DNA of 64,000 bases from an uncultured delta proteobacterium (GCA_963850305.1 CAWKKR010000009.1:50720-114719), one strand, 5' to 3'. Positions 1 to 12,519 are shown, counted from the first letter of the stretch. Numbers and translations: made by a program. Notes: a model not told the origin generated them from the sequence alone.

Positions 1-2
1 TT

Positions 3-560
3 GCGTGGACTGACGAAGCACGAGTCGGCGATCTTGCGCGCGCCATGGCTCAACGTGAAGCGATCCGGTTCGAAGCTGCCGCTGGAGGTCAGCGGATTCT
101 GCTCGACGGAAGGGACGTCTCGAGCGCCATCCGAACGCAGGACATAGCGGAGGGGGCGAGCCAGGTGAGCGCCCTGGCTCCGGTGCGCGAAGCTCTGCTC
201 GACATGCAGCGAGCCGCGGCTCGCGCGGGTGGCGTGGTCCTCGAAGGGCGCGACATAGGCACGGTCGTCCTCCCGGACGCGGAAGCGAAGTTTTTTCTGA
301 CCGCCTCGCTCGAGATCCGGACGGCCCGGCGCGTTCGCGATCTCGAAGAGCGTGGCCAACATGCCGTGCCGGAGGACATCGAACGCGAGGTCCGCCAGCG
401 GGACGCGCGCGACACGATGCGAGCGGTCGCGCCGCTTCGGCAGGCGACGGATGCCTTTCTCGTCGACAGCACTCACATGACGATCGAAGAGGTTGTCGAT
501 GCGATTGTCTCTCGCATCGCGGAAATCCGGTTCGCGCGGGCGTCCGAGAAGGCCGAGTGA
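3..560 (+). CDS. cmk: Cytidylate kinase (5'-partial, begins upstream of the window)
   Basis: Motifs GVVLEGRDIGTVVLPDA..KFFLTAS and RDARD..RAVAPL; lies upstream of rpsA. Confidence 0.95.
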   Translation, partial: AWTDEARVGDLARAMAQREAIRFEAAAGGQRILLDGRDVSSAIRTQDIAEGASQVSALAPVREALLDMQRAAARAGGVVLEGRDIGTVVLPDAEAKFFLTASLEIRTARRVRDLEERGQHAVPEDIEREVRQRDARDTMRAVAPLRQATDAFLVDSTHMTIEEVVDAIVSRIAEIRFARASEKAE

Positions 561-1504
561 CGCTCGCGTCGCGTCCGGCTCGCATTGTGGCGGCGGGGGC
601 GCTCATGATCGGGGTCGTCTCCTGTGTGGCGCGGATCCCGCCGCCACCCGCGGCTGCACCGTCCCTGGACCGGCCGAGCGCCGCGATCCCAGCAGATCTC
701 GACGTCGCATTCCGGGTGGATCTCGACGCGGCGAAGCGATTCTTCGGGCCGAGCGTCGCTCGAGCGCTGCGGGTCAATCTGGTCGATCCTGCGACGGATC
801 CCGCCATGGCAGCCTTTCTCGCCGACGCACTCGCAAGGACATCGACGGTGTGGGTCGCGCTGCGCCCGGGGCTCGCGGCCGATGCAGCGGACAACGTCCT
901 GATTCTTCGAGGCGCGTTTGGACAGCTCGAGCCAGGCGCGGACAGCGGCTTCGAGCCGCCCGTGGATCTGGGTGCGGCATTCCGGAGGTACGATCGCCCC
1001 GTTCCGAAGCGCCGCTCGGCGCCGGCTCGCGTCTATGCGCGCGCGAACGACTGGCTCGTCTTCGTGTCGAGCGCGGAGCTCGACAGCACCGCGCGCTCGC
1101 TCGATCGAGGGAGCAGTGATCCTCACCTCGATCCTCCGGATCGCGGCCTGTTCTCGCTGTCGGCGCGCGTCCCGCCGCTGGTCCCATTGCTCCTGCCGGG
1201 TTACCGTCCGCTCGCGGAGGCGCTCGCGGGCGCGACGATGCTCGACGCCAGCGTGCTCGCGGACGATCGCGGGCTGCGCGTGAACGTCGATGTTCGCTTC
1301 GAAACCGGCGGTGCGGCCGTCGAGGCTCGCGATCGCGCTCGGCTTCTGTTGGCGGTGCTCGGTCGCGCGACGGGGCTCGTCGGAAAACTTGCCCGAGGAG
1401 CCGTCGCAGACGCGGAAGCGACTACGCTTTTCGTGAAGATCGAGCTCGATGCCAGGGGTTTGTCCGAGGTAATAGGTTGCCTCACCGGAGCGAGCTGCGA
1501 ATAG
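557..1504 (+). CDS. Hypothetical lipoprotein
   Basis: Overlaps the cmk stop (GTGA); hydrophobic N-terminus ending VVSC. Confidence 0.7.
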   Translation: MTLASRPARIVAAGALMIGVVSCVARIPPPPAAAPSLDRPSAAIPADLDVAFRVDLDAAKRFFGPSVARALRVNLVDPATDPAMAAFLADALARTSTVWVALRPGLAADAADNVLILRGAFGQLEPGADSGFEPPVDLGAAFRRYDRPVPKRRSAPARVYARANDWLVFVSSAELDSTARSLDRGSSDPHLDPPDRGLFSLSARVPPLVPLLLPGYRPLAEALAGATMLDASVLADDRGLRVNVDVRFETGGAAVEARDRARLLLAVLGRATGLVGKLARGAVADAEATTLFVKIELDARGLSEVIGCLTGASCE

Positions 1505-2511
1505 TGCCCGCGCCGAGCCATTTGCCCGCCAACGGAACACCCCATCGAGATCGGCGCGGGCATTCGTTCCGGACGGTGGCAATCGGCGGAGGGGTGCTCG
1601 CGGCCGTGATCGTGTCGGTGCTGATCGCTCTCTACGTCCGGTTCCTTCGCTACGAGCGCGTCGCGGTCCGTCACGTTCCCGAGGGGGCCGCATTTGTCGT
1701 TCGTCTCGACGTTGCGCAGGCGCCCCTCTATGAGCCCGTGCGACGGCGTCTGCTACCGCTGCTCGGTGGTCCGCTCTCCCTGCCGTCGGAAGGGGACGCT
1801 CGACTGTTCCGGATCGAGGAGCGCACCGATCTGCATTCCAGCGATCTGCGGGAAGTCGTCGTCGCGTTCGGGCCTGCCACGGCCGATTGGGTGATCGTGC
1901 TCGGCGGCATCTTTCCCGCGGGGCCGGGGATGGCCGTTCTCGCGGCGGCCCTGCACGCCGAGAGCCCGCGGTGGGCGGCGAGCTCGGACGGCGTGGCTTC
2001 GGTCTTCGACGGTCGAACCGCGATTGGTCGTGGGCGGGACGCCACCGTCGTGATCGCTTCGAGCGAGGCGTTGCTCCGGCGCGCCCTCGTTCCAGGGGGG
2101 GCGTACTCGGAGCTCGGTCTGTCGAACGAGGGCGCGGGAGCCCTGGCCGCCACGGCCGCGGGCGTGGGCGCTTTAACCAGGATGGTGGGGTTGTTGCCTG
2201 CGCTCACCACCGGGCTCACGCACCTCACCGGCCAGCTGACGCTCGGCAATCGGCTAGAGTTGAAGCTCGTGGGGACGGACTCCGGCGACGGACACGCCGG
2301 CCGCGACGCTCGCGACGCCCTGGCCCGCGCGCGGGACTTCCAGCGCGGCGACTCTTCGCCCACCTCCACGTTGGTGGGCGCTCTGGCAGACCGAGCGGTG
2401 CTCCTCGCTCCCACGCCCCGCTCCTCGGCGGTTGTCCTCGTTTGGGAGCTGGAAGAGGTGGATCAGGCGTTTTCCTTGCTGGCCGACTCCGTTCGTGACC
2501 GATGGCGATAG
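1504..2511 (+). CDS. Hypothetical membrane-anchored protein
   Basis: GTG start overlaps the previous stop; one N-terminal TM segment; same-strand operon context. Confidence 0.65.
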   Translation: MPAPSHLPANGTPHRDRRGHSFRTVAIGGGVLAAVIVSVLIALYVRFLRYERVAVRHVPEGAAFVVRLDVAQAPLYEPVRRRLLPLLGGPLSLPSEGDARLFRIEERTDLHSSDLREVVVAFGPATADWVIVLGGIFPAGPGMAVLAAALHAESPRWAASSDGVASVFDGRTAIGRGRDATVVIASSEALLRRALVPGGAYSELGLSNEGAGALAATAAGVGALTRMVGLLPALTTGLTHLTGQLTLGNRLELKLVGTDSGDGHAGRDARDALARARDFQRGDSSPTSTLVGALADRAVLLAPTPRSSAVVLVWELEEVDQAFSLLADSVRDRWR

Positions 2512-2652
2512 GCCTGGCCGGCGGTCCGAGCTGTTGACTCGACCGGGGGCGTGGGGTACCTGAGCCCCGCCGGCTCTTCGACCCTCTCGAGCTCCGACTC
2601 GAGGCGGCTTCGCTCACGCCGAGATTCCGACGGAAGGTTCTCTACAATATCC

Positions 2653-4398
<1,746 letters not shown>

Positions 4399-4474
4399 TC
4401 GCGCTCGACGAACACCCCTGTGGATGGCCCGCCGGGGAAGACGGGGCGAAGGAGAGCTTGTCGATGCGGCCACG

Positions 4475-5767
4475 ATGACCGAAAGCTCTTTGCCGCCACC
4501 CCTGTCCGGCTGGACGCGACGGCGCATAGTCTTTCTTGCCGTCAGCGGAGTCATCACCGTCGCGGTGCTCGTCGCCACGTCGGAAGTGCTGTTGCCGTTC
4601 CTGCTCGCGTGCATCACGGCGTACGTCCTCACCCCTGCCGTGGCGGCTGCCGAGCGCTTCAAGATACCGCGAGGGAGCTCGATTCTCCTGGTTTACGCCG
4701 TCACGCTCGGCGCCCTCTACGGTGGGATTGCGACGATCGCGCCGCGGATTTCGTCGGAGACGGAGAACCTCGTCGAGGAGATGCCGACGATGATCCGTCG
4801 TCTCGTCGCCGAGTGGGCGCCCATGCTCGAACGCCGTGCGCGCGTCGTGCTGGACCCCGTCGGTGAACCCGTGCCCGAGCCGGCGGACTCCGCGCCCGCG
4901 TTCGAAATATCGAAGGGCCCCGACGGTTCGGTGAGTGTCCGCATCACGGGCGGCATGGACATCGTCCAGGATGGACCGAAGGTCTGGAAGCTGAAGCCGT
5001 CACGACACCGCTCCGAGACGTTCAGCGTGGCCGGGTTCGTCAGTGAAGCGATTGCGGATACCGCCAGCTACTTGCGGCGAAACGCACTCGAGTTGCTCCG
5101 GGTCGGACAGGCCGTCGTGGGGAAGGTGACTCACGGCATCTTCCTGACCTTCATGACGCTCATGGTCGCAGCGTACGTGATGTACACGCGCGAGGGCATC
5201 ATCGAATTCTTCCGGTCCCTTGCCCCGCCATCCGCGAGAGAGAGCTTCGATCGGCTTCTCTACCGGGTCGACCGGGGGTTTTCGGGCGTCGTTCGTGGGC
5301 AACTCGTCATCATGCTCCTGAACGGTCTGCTGTCGGCGGTCGGGTACTGGATGTTCGGGCTCAAGTACTGGCCGATCCTCGCGCTGGTATCGGGGCTCAT
5401 GAGCATCATTCCGATCTTCGGCTCGATCATGAGCAGCGTGCCCGTCGTCATGGTGGGTCTCACGCAGAATTTCTGGACGGCCCTGTGGGTCCTCCTGTGG
5501 ATCCTCGGTATCCATCAGGTCGAGGCGAATCTCTTGAATCCCAAGATCATCGGCGCAGCCGCGAAGCTCCATCCGGTGCTGATCATTTTTTCGCTGCTGG
5601 TCGGCGAGCACTTTTATGGAATCTGGGGCGCGCTCCTCGCGGTCCCGGCGCTCTCGCTCGCGCAGAGCATCTTCAATCATTTCCGCTTCGAGTCTTTGCC
5701 GGACGCCGCGCCGGACAGCGTTATGCTTCACGCTGCGCTGCGTTCCCGAGCGACTCCGCGCGAATAG
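4475..5767 (+). CDS. AI-2E (PerM) family transporter
   Basis: Multi-TM protein; IHQVEANLLNPKIIG..LHPVLIIFSLLVG..GIWGALLAVP signature. Confidence 0.9.
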   Translation: MTESSLPPPLSGWTRRRIVFLAVSGVITVAVLVATSEVLLPFLLACITAYVLTPAVAAAERFKIPRGSSILLVYAVTLGALYGGIATIAPRISSETENLVEEMPTMIRRLVAEWAPMLERRARVVLDPVGEPVPEPADSAPAFEISKGPDGSVSVRITGGMDIVQDGPKVWKLKPSRHRSETFSVAGFVSEAIADTASYLRRNALELLRVGQAVVGKVTHGIFLTFMTLMVAAYVMYTREGIIEFFRSLAPPSARESFDRLLYRVDRGFSGVVRGQLVIMLLNGLLSAVGYWMFGLKYWPILALVSGLMSIIPIFGSIMSSVPVVMVGLTQNFWTALWVLLWILGIHQVEANLLNPKIIGAAAKLHPVLIIFSLLVGEHFYGIWGALLAVPALSLAQSIFNHFRFESLPDAAPDSVMLHAALRSRATPRE

Positions 5768-5830
5768 CTTTTGGCCCGGTTCCGGCCCGGGGTTGCGCGC
5801 GGCCGGCTCCCGGAGCTAAACACCCCTCAG

Positions 5831-6736
5831 ATGTCCAACAAGGCGAAGCGGAAGCTCGCGCAAAAGCCCGCTCAGCGCGTCGAAGTCCCGGACCCGTTCA
5901 GCCGGGACAACATGAGGCAGGTCGCGCTCCGCCTGGGACTGCCGCTCATGGCCGTCTGGATCATTGGCGGGTGCATCGCGGGCATCAGTCAATCTCATGG
6001 CACCATCGTCGCCGCCCTCGCGATTCCGGGTGTCATCACCGTCTTGCTCGCCGGGATCCTCGTGTGGGGCGTCGGCCAGGCGCGTAAAACGAAGAGCGTC
6101 GCCGGGCTCCTCTCCAAGGCGGAGACCGCGGAAGACCGCAAGGCAGCGCTCGAGAAGTTGGACCAGGACTACGGGAAGAAGGATCCGGCCGCCGTATTCG
6201 CCAAGGCGCAGCTCTTCTTGCAGGATAACGAGCCGCGGAAGGCGCTGGAGGTGCTCGAGCAGATCGAGCTCGGCAAGGTGCTAGCCCCTGTTGCGGATGA
6301 AGCGCGTGCCCAGCGCGCCATGATCCATCTTCTCATAGGTGAGGTGACGCCGGCTCGCGACCTTGCGGACGGAATCGATCTCTCTCGGCAGCAGGACGCG
6401 AAGGCGCGCGCCATGATGGCGTCGGTCGTCGCCGAAGCGTGGGCCCGGACCGGACAGGCCAGGAAGGCGGCCGAGACCATCGAGCTCTTCAATCCGGACG
6501 ATCCCGAGTTCGAGCCCATCCGGGCGCAGCTCTACCGGGCACGCGCCTACGTCTTTGCTGCGACCGGGGACGCGAAAGGCATGCGACGGGCGCTGAAGAA
6601 GCTGATCGAGCAGGACGCACGCCTGCTCGGCGGTTTCATGACGAAGCGCACACATCCCTTGCTTCAAAAGGAAGCGAAGAAGATGCTGGAACAATCCGGC
6701 CAGGCGCCGCGCAAGATGATCATGCAGCGACACTGA
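5831..6736 (+). CDS. Membrane-anchored TPR-like protein
   Basis: Two N-terminal TM helices followed by Ala/Leu-rich helical repeats. Confidence 0.65.
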   Translation: MSNKAKRKLAQKPAQRVEVPDPFSRDNMRQVALRLGLPLMAVWIIGGCIAGISQSHGTIVAALAIPGVITVLLAGILVWGVGQARKTKSVAGLLSKAETAEDRKAALEKLDQDYGKKDPAAVFAKAQLFLQDNEPRKALEVLEQIELGKVLAPVADEARAQRAMIHLLIGEVTPARDLADGIDLSRQQDAKARAMMASVVAEAWARTGQARKAAETIELFNPDDPEFEPIRAQLYRARAYVFAATGDAKGMRRALKKLIEQDARLLGGFMTKRTHPLLQKEAKKMLEQSGQAPRKMIMQRH

Positions 6737-6804
6737 CCCTGAAGCTCGCGCCGACGAGGCGCGATGAGCGGGGTTCTCGGCGACATGTCGAGCCCCGTCC
6801 GGTG

Positions 6805-8715
6805 TCACAGACCCGCGAGCGTCGCCCGGGCGCGCGGCGCAATGGTCACTTCCGGCAACAGCTCCGCGAACGATACGACGCGCACTCGCGGGAGCTCCGC
6901 TTCGAGCAGATGGCGCACGAACCGACGGATGTCCGGGCGGGTGAGCACGATGGGGTGCTCGCGCCCGATGCTGTCCGCGCACTCGATCGCACGGCGGACG
7001 GCGCTCACGATGTCGCGTGCCGCCGCGGGCGCCATCGCCAGGAAGCGTCCCGACGAGGTGTTCGAGATCGCAGACCTTATGGCTTCTTCGACGCCCGGAT
7101 CGAGCAAGATGACGCCGAGCTCGGGCGCGCCGCGCATCAGTGTGAAGGTGAGGGGTCGTTTGAGCTCCGCTCGGACGTGTTCGGCGAGGGATGCGGGATC
7201 GCGCTCGTTCGGCCGTGCACGCGGCAACGCCTCGAGGATCGCCTTGAGATCGCGAATGCTCACGCCTTCGCCGACCAGCCGCCGCAGAACTTCGGACAGA
7301 TCGGCGACGTCGACGACCCTGGGAACGATCTGACGGACGGTCGTCGGCGCGATGCGCTCGAGCCCGTCGAGTAGCGCCTTCGTCTCGCTGATGCCGACGA
7401 AATCCGAAGCGCGATCGAGCAGTATCGCCCTGCACTCCTCCTCGATCGAGCGCACCAGGCTCTCGTCGGAAACGCCCATCGACGCCGTCCGCACGAGCGC
7501 CGGCACCTCGTGGATCGAGAGTACGAAGGCCCCGTGGGCAAGACCGTCATCCACGAACACCCGGCACTCGGGAAGCGGGACCCCTCGCTCGCGTTCGACG
7601 CCGCTCCTGAGCCGCTCGGCGAGCTCGTCCAGGGCTCGGGCGCCGATCCTGGCGGCAAGCCCGGCGCTCGCGGCGAGTGACCAGGGGGTGATGGGGTTTG
7701 CTGGTGCGTCGTGGAGAGCGGCGGGCCCCCGGTACCTCGACCGTGCCGGCCCACGTCGCGAGAGCGCGATGAGGACGATTCCGATGACGAGAAAAGGCAG
7801 CGTCGGTAGCCCCGGTACCAGCGCGAAGCCGAGCACGAGAACACCCGCGACCCCGAGAGCCCGCGGCACGCCGAGCAACTGCGCCGAGAGCTCCGAGCCG
7901 AGCGCGGTCCGAGGATCGTCGCTCGCCACGCGGGTGACGAGGATGCCCGCCGACGTCGCGAGCAGCAGGGCCGGGATCTGCGTCACGAGGCCATCTCCGA
8001 TGGTGAGCAGCCCGAAGCGACGCAGCGCCGCGCCGAAGTCGAGCCCGCGTTGCCCGACGCCGATGGCGACGCCGCCCACGAGGTTCACGATCGCGATGAG
8101 CACCGTCGCGATCACGTCGCCCTTGACGAATTTCACCGCGCCGTCCATGGCGCCGTAGAAATGACTCTCGCGTTCCAGCTCCCGGCGAAGGCGCTGCGCC
8201 TCCCCCGGTTCGAGGTTTCCGGCACGGAGATCGGCGTCGATCGACAGCTGCTTTCCCGGCAATGCGTCCAGCGTGAACCGCGCCCCCACCTCGGCAACCC
8301 GCTCGCTCCCTTTCGCGACGACCACGAACTGGATGATCGTGAGAATCAGGAAGATGACGGCGCCGACGGCGAAATTGCCGCTCACGACGAACGTACCGAA
8401 CGCGCGAATGACGGCGCCAGCGTCCGCGTGGAGCAAGATCAATCGCGTCGAGGACACGTTCAACGCGACGCGCACCAGCGTCGTGATGAGCAGCAGGGTG
8501 GGAAAAGCGCTGATCTCGAGCGCGCTCCCCACGTAGAGGGTCACGAGCAGAACCGCGACCGAGAAGGCGAGATTCCCCGCGAGCAATATGTCGAGGAGCC
8601 ACGTCGGCAGCGGCACAACCATGAGCGCGACGATCGCGACGACGACGACGGCGAGAGCGGCGTCCGCGGTCCGGAATCCGAACGGGGTCGACGACGACCG
8701 ACGATGATTCGCCAT
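6805..8715 (-). CDS. FHIPEP family (FlhA/SctV-like) export apparatus protein
   Basis: FPTLLLITTL.R.ALNVSSTRLIL, KGSERVAEVGARFTLDALPGKQLSIDADL, FYGAMDGAVKFVKGD, TIGDGLVTQIPALL. Confidence 0.93.
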   Translation of the reverse strand: MANHRRSSSTPFGFRTADAALAVVVVAIVALMVVPLPTWLLDILLAGNLAFSVAVLLVTLYVGSALEISAFPTLLLITTLVRVALNVSSTRLILLHADAGAVIRAFGTFVVSGNFAVGAVIFLILTIIQFVVVAKGSERVAEVGARFTLDALPGKQLSIDADLRAGNLEPGEAQRLRRELERESHFYGAMDGAVKFVKGDVIATVLIAIVNLVGGVAIGVGQRGLDFGAALRRFGLLTIGDGLVTQIPALLLATSAGILVTRVASDDPRTALGSELSAQLLGVPRALGVAGVLVLGFALVPGLPTLPFLVIGIVLIALSRRGPARSRYRGPAALHDAPANPITPWSLAASAGLAARIGARALDELAERLRSGVERERGVPLPECRVFVDDGLAHGAFVLSIHEVPALVRTASMGVSDESLVRSIEEECRAILLDRASDFVGISETKALLDGLERIAPTTVRQIVPRVVDVADLSEVLRRLVGEGVSIRDLKAILEALPRARPNERDPASLAEHVRAELKRPLTFTLMRGAPELGVILLDPGVEEAIRSAISNTSSGRFLAMAPAAARDIVSAVRRAIECADSIGREHPIVLTRPDIRRFVRHLLEAELPRVRVVSFAELLPEVTIAPRARATLAGL

Positions 8716-8719
8716 GGAT

Positions 8720-9856
8720 TCAGCTCGGCGCTGCGAAGAGCGCAAACACGCCGGTGTAAAGGTGCATCGTAGGCCGTCCGGAATACGGCGCGATCTCGAA
8801 CGACGAGGAGAGTCCGGCGAACGGCAAGCCCGGGAACCGAGCCCGGAGGATCTTGGTGTCCACGTCGGGGGCGCCGTACAAAGTCGATCCCCGACCACTG
8901 CAGTTGACGTAGATGCCGAACCGCGGCGCCGCGCCGGCGATATCGCGCTCGAGCTCACGGGTCATCGCTTCGAAGTCCTCGCGCGCCGCTCGTCCGTCGC
9001 GCACCGCAAAGGTGACGCGCATGCCCTCCCGCAGCTCGTCCGACACGACGATGGCGCCGCGGTCGGGATCGACGCCCTGGATCCCCCGGACGACCAGGGA
9101 CGGCCGGGCGCCCTCGCTCGGCTCCGGCTCGTCGGCGAGGACCAAGAGGAGCAGCGGATGGTCCGCGAGCCCCTCGGCATGCCGCGCGAGCACGTCGAGG
9201 GCCGGCTCGCCGTCGATACCAGCGAGCAAGGCCCCGCGGCATTCCGTCACGCGACGGAGCGGCCCGAGCAGCCGGCATGAGTGCGTCGTGCGAATCGCCG
9301 GAGTTGGCATGCCGCGCAGGATCATGGCGATCGAGCCGCTCAGCCGGCGCCCGGTTTCGTCGATACCGAGCACCCCCGGACGGCCGAGGCTACCAGCGCC
9401 GAACACGTAGCGAGTGGTTCGCAAGTCGCGGAGGGGCACGAGTGTCGAGGGGCTGAAACCCTCCGGATCGAGAAGGAGCAGCACAGTCGGGGTGGTCTTT
9501 CCGGTGCGGTCGCCGAGGACGTGCGCGAGGGATTCCCCGACGTCACCGTCGTCGGAGACAATTTCCGTGAGCTCCACGCGGCCACCCGACCACACCAGGC
9601 CCGCCGCTGCCGTCTGATCTTCGATCTCGCCGCGCTCGGTCAGCACGCCCCCACCTCCGGCCAGCGCGATGGGGATCTTCGGATGCAGCCCGGCGAGCGC
9701 ACCGGCGATGGACTCGAGGTTGTCGGCAAGTCGTCCGCTAGCGAACACGAGCGCGCCCGAGGGAGCCCGGATCTGGCCGAGCGCGTGCGAAAACACGCTC
9801 GCCACCCGTTCTGGGCTGGCGGTCTTCACGTCCCAGCTCGCCGCTCCGGCGCCCAT
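8720..9856 (-). CDS. FIST N/C domain signal-transduction protein
   Basis: C-terminal YVNCSGRG..LYG and GL.SSFEIAP...HLYTGV motifs. Confidence 0.85.
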   Translation of the reverse strand: MGAGAASWDVKTASPERVASVFSHALGQIRAPSGALVFASGRLADNLESIAGALAGLHPKIPIALAGGGGVLTERGEIEDQTAAAGLVWSGGRVELTEIVSDDGDVGESLAHVLGDRTGKTTPTVLLLLDPEGFSPSTLVPLRDLRTTRYVFGAGSLGRPGVLGIDETGRRLSGSIAMILRGMPTPAIRTTHSCRLLGPLRRVTECRGALLAGIDGEPALDVLARHAEGLADHPLLLLVLADEPEPSEGARPSLVVRGIQGVDPDRGAIVVSDELREGMRVTFAVRDGRAAREDFEAMTRELERDIAGAAPRFGIYVNCSGRGSTLYGAPDVDTKILRARFPGLPFAGLSSSFEIAPYSGRPTMHLYTGVFALFAAPS

Positions 9857-9972
9857 CCGGGGACCGACGCTAACATTAAGTTGGGGTCCGGTGGGAGAAG
9901 GGCAGAATCCCCTCCGGGGAGGCTTCTTTCGCTTCCAGGACGAAGGCGATTTCTCTAGCCTATAGCCTGGCC

Positions 9973-10737
9973 ATGAGCGCGACCGCCCTGATGATTCGAT
10001 CGGTCGGCGGCTCGGACGTCGGTCGCAGGCGCCAGAGCAACGAAGACGCCTACCTGCGAGACGACGAGCTTGGGCTCTGGATCGTCGCCGACGGCATGGG
10101 CGGTCACGCTGCCGGCGAAGTGGCGAGCCAGGAGGCGGTCGATACCATCTACGGCATGGTCAAGCGGGGGAAGCGCGCGTCCGTGGCCACGGGGGATCTC
10201 GATTCGAGGTTGCGCGCGGGCGCGCGGTTGCTGGAGGGCTCGGTGCAGGCCGCGACGTACATGATTTACGCCATGAGCGAGCTCGATGCGCGAAAGTCGG
10301 GGATGGGCACGACCATCAGCGCCATGATGACGATGCATGGTTACGTCATCACCGCGCAGGTCGGCGACAGTCGAATCTACCAGGTGCGCGAAGGTTCGGC
10401 GATGCAGCTCACGGAGGACCACACCCTCATCAACTGGCAGCTCAAGCGTGGGATCATCACCGAGGAAGAAGCGAAGACCAGCCGCCACAAGAACGTGATC
10501 ACCAGGGCCGTCGGCAACCGTGATTACGTGCAGGTCGACACCGGGATGGTCGAGGTCGCCCCCGGCGATCGGTATCTGCTCTGTTCGGACGGCCTGCACG
10601 GCTATCTGCGCACCGAGGAGATCCCGGACCTGGCGGCGCTCGGCGGACGGGAGTCCGTGCGGCGCCTCATCGATCTCGCGAACAATCGGGGCGGCAAGGA
10701 CAACATCACCGCCGTGCTCGTCGAAGTCGACCTCTGA
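9973..10737 (+). CDS. PP2C-family Ser/Thr phosphatase
   Basis: SDVGRRRQSNED, VADGMGGHAAGEVAS, VGDSRIY, LLCSDGL, GGKDNIT. Confidence 0.95.
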   Translation: MSATALMIRSVGGSDVGRRRQSNEDAYLRDDELGLWIVADGMGGHAAGEVASQEAVDTIYGMVKRGKRASVATGDLDSRLRAGARLLEGSVQAATYMIYAMSELDARKSGMGTTISAMMTMHGYVITAQVGDSRIYQVREGSAMQLTEDHTLINWQLKRGIITEEEAKTSRHKNVITRAVGNRDYVQVDTGMVEVAPGDRYLLCSDGLHGYLRTEEIPDLAALGGRESVRRLIDLANNRGGKDNITAVLVEVDL

Positions 10738-10830
10738 TCGCGTAGCGTCGCGGAAGCGCCGGGGCCGCATCGGCGTTCCTGACGGCATCGTGCCTACTTT
10801 TTTGGCCCTCCAGCGTGCGTTTCAGTACGG

Positions 10831-11847
10831 ATGGGCGTGATGAAAAGCCCCCGAATCGGCGTTCTGATGGGAGGAACCTCGGCTGAACGGGAGGTGTCGC
10901 GGCGCTCCGGCGAAGCCGTTCTTGCCGCTCTCGTCGATGCGGGGCGCGACGCGGTCGCCGTGCTTCTCGGGGACGGGATCGACCCCCTCCGCGCCATCGC
11001 GAGCGCGGGCATGGACGTCGCGTTCCTCGCGCTTCACGGCCGTCATGGCGAGGACGGCTGCGTTCAGGGCCTGCTCGAGATCCTGGGGATCCCGTACACC
11101 GGGTCCAGCGTCATGAGCAGCGCCCTGGCGATGGATAAGCTGAAGGCCAAGGAGCTGTTTCGCCTGCACAACGTCCCCACACCCCCCTACTACGTGCTCG
11201 AAAGTCGCGGTGCGTTGAAGGACCTGGCGGAGATCCACGGCTCGTTCGGATTTCCGGTGGTCGTGAAGCCGCGCAGGGAAGGCTCGAGCATCGGCGTGTC
11301 CAAGGCGCACGACGCCATCGAGCTCGAGGCCAGCGTGACGCGCGCGTTCGAGCACGACGATTCGGTGCTCGTGGAGCGGTTCATCGCGGCCAGGGAGATC
11401 GCCGTGGGGCTCCTCGACGGTCGGGTTCTCGGTGCCGTGGAGATCGTCCCCAAGAGCGGCTTCTACGATTACGCGGCGAAATACACGTCGGGTGCCACGG
11501 AGTACTATTGCCCCGCGCGCCTGCCGCCGACCCGCATTCGCGGAGTCCTGAACCTCGGTGAACGAGCGGCTCAGGCGCTCGAGACGTCCGGCGCGGTGCG
11601 GGTCGATCTGCTCGTCACGGAGGCGCAGAACGAATACGTGCTCGAAGTGAACACCCTCCCGGGCATGACACCCACGAGTCTCTTCCCGAAGATTGCGGCG
11701 TCCGTTGGCTTCTCTTTCCCGCAACTCTGCGTCGAGATGGCGGACCGAGCACGCCTTCACACGATGCCCGCCACCCGGCCCGCGACGTTGGTGACGGCCC
11801 TGCCGGAGCCCGTCGCGCCCACGTTGCACGACGTCAGAGTCGCGTGA
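10831..11847 (+). CDS. ddl: D-alanine--D-alanine ligase
   Basis: GGTSAEREVS, LHGRHGEDGCVQGLLE..IPYTGS, EGSSIG, YDYAAKY, LEVNTLPGMT. Confidence 0.95.
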   Translation: MGVMKSPRIGVLMGGTSAEREVSRRSGEAVLAALVDAGRDAVAVLLGDGIDPLRAIASAGMDVAFLALHGRHGEDGCVQGLLEILGIPYTGSSVMSSALAMDKLKAKELFRLHNVPTPPYYVLESRGALKDLAEIHGSFGFPVVVKPRREGSSIGVSKAHDAIELEASVTRAFEHDDSVLVERFIAAREIAVGLLDGRVLGAVEIVPKSGFYDYAAKYTSGATEYYCPARLPPTRIRGVLNLGERAAQALETSGAVRVDLLVTEAQNEYVLEVNTLPGMTPTSLFPKIAASVGFSFPQLCVEMADRARLHTMPATRPATLVTALPEPVAPTLHDVRVA

Positions 11848-11928
11848 TCGCGGGGTTCACGGTGAGGCGGCGGCGCAGGCGCGCCGCACGGCCCGGTTGT
11901 GCTTCTCGGTGAGCTCTTCGACGGCCTT

Positions 11929-12519
11929 TCAATCGTCGGGAGGGTCCAGGAACACGTAGCGCGTCGCCTGCGCGTCGGTTCGCTCGGCATTCGACGGATT
12001 GACCACGAGCCCGCCGATGCCGAGGCCGAAGCCGACACCGACCAGGGTGCCGCCCCAGGCTGCCTTCGTGCCATCCACCGGGTTCGAATCGTGTCGATTC
12101 CCTTGGGCGTCGACGGTCGTCTTGCTGCCGAATGCGTTCACGAACAACACCGTACCGATCGCAATCGCAGCCACACTCGCGACGCCGAGCGTCCCGGCGA
12201 TGATCTGCCGTCGATGGTACGCCGCGAGGGCATCGCGCTTCCGCTCGATGAGCTCCGATTCGGGAAAATCCGACAGCGAGGGAATCGACTCGGGATCGTC
12301 GCTGCCGACGTGATACAGGCCGAGCCCGTTCACCGCGTGACTCGTCCCCCTGGGTTCATCCGCGACCCGGGCGCGCGTGGGTGCGAGAACCAGCCAGTCC
12401 CTGGCCTCACAGGGCGTCTCTGCCTCGCCCGCGGGAGTGATGGGTGCCCCTTCCATGCGGAACACCGTCGTCCCGCAACCCGGGAGTCCGAGCGCCGCGA
12501 CGGCCAGTAGTAACCGCAT
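11929..12519 (-). CDS. Hypothetical lipoprotein with C-terminal TM helices
   Basis: MRLLLAVAALGLPGC lipobox-like start; two hydrophobic segments. Confidence 0.6.
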   Translation of the reverse strand: MRLLLAVAALGLPGCGTTVFRMEGAPITPAGEAETPCEARDWLVLAPTRARVADEPRGTSHAVNGLGLYHVGSDDPESIPSLSDFPESELIERKRDALAAYHRRQIIAGTLGVASVAAIAIGTVLFVNAFGSKTTVDAQGNRHDSNPVDGTKAAWGGTLVGVGFGLGIGGLVVNPSNAERTDAQATRYVFLDPPDD

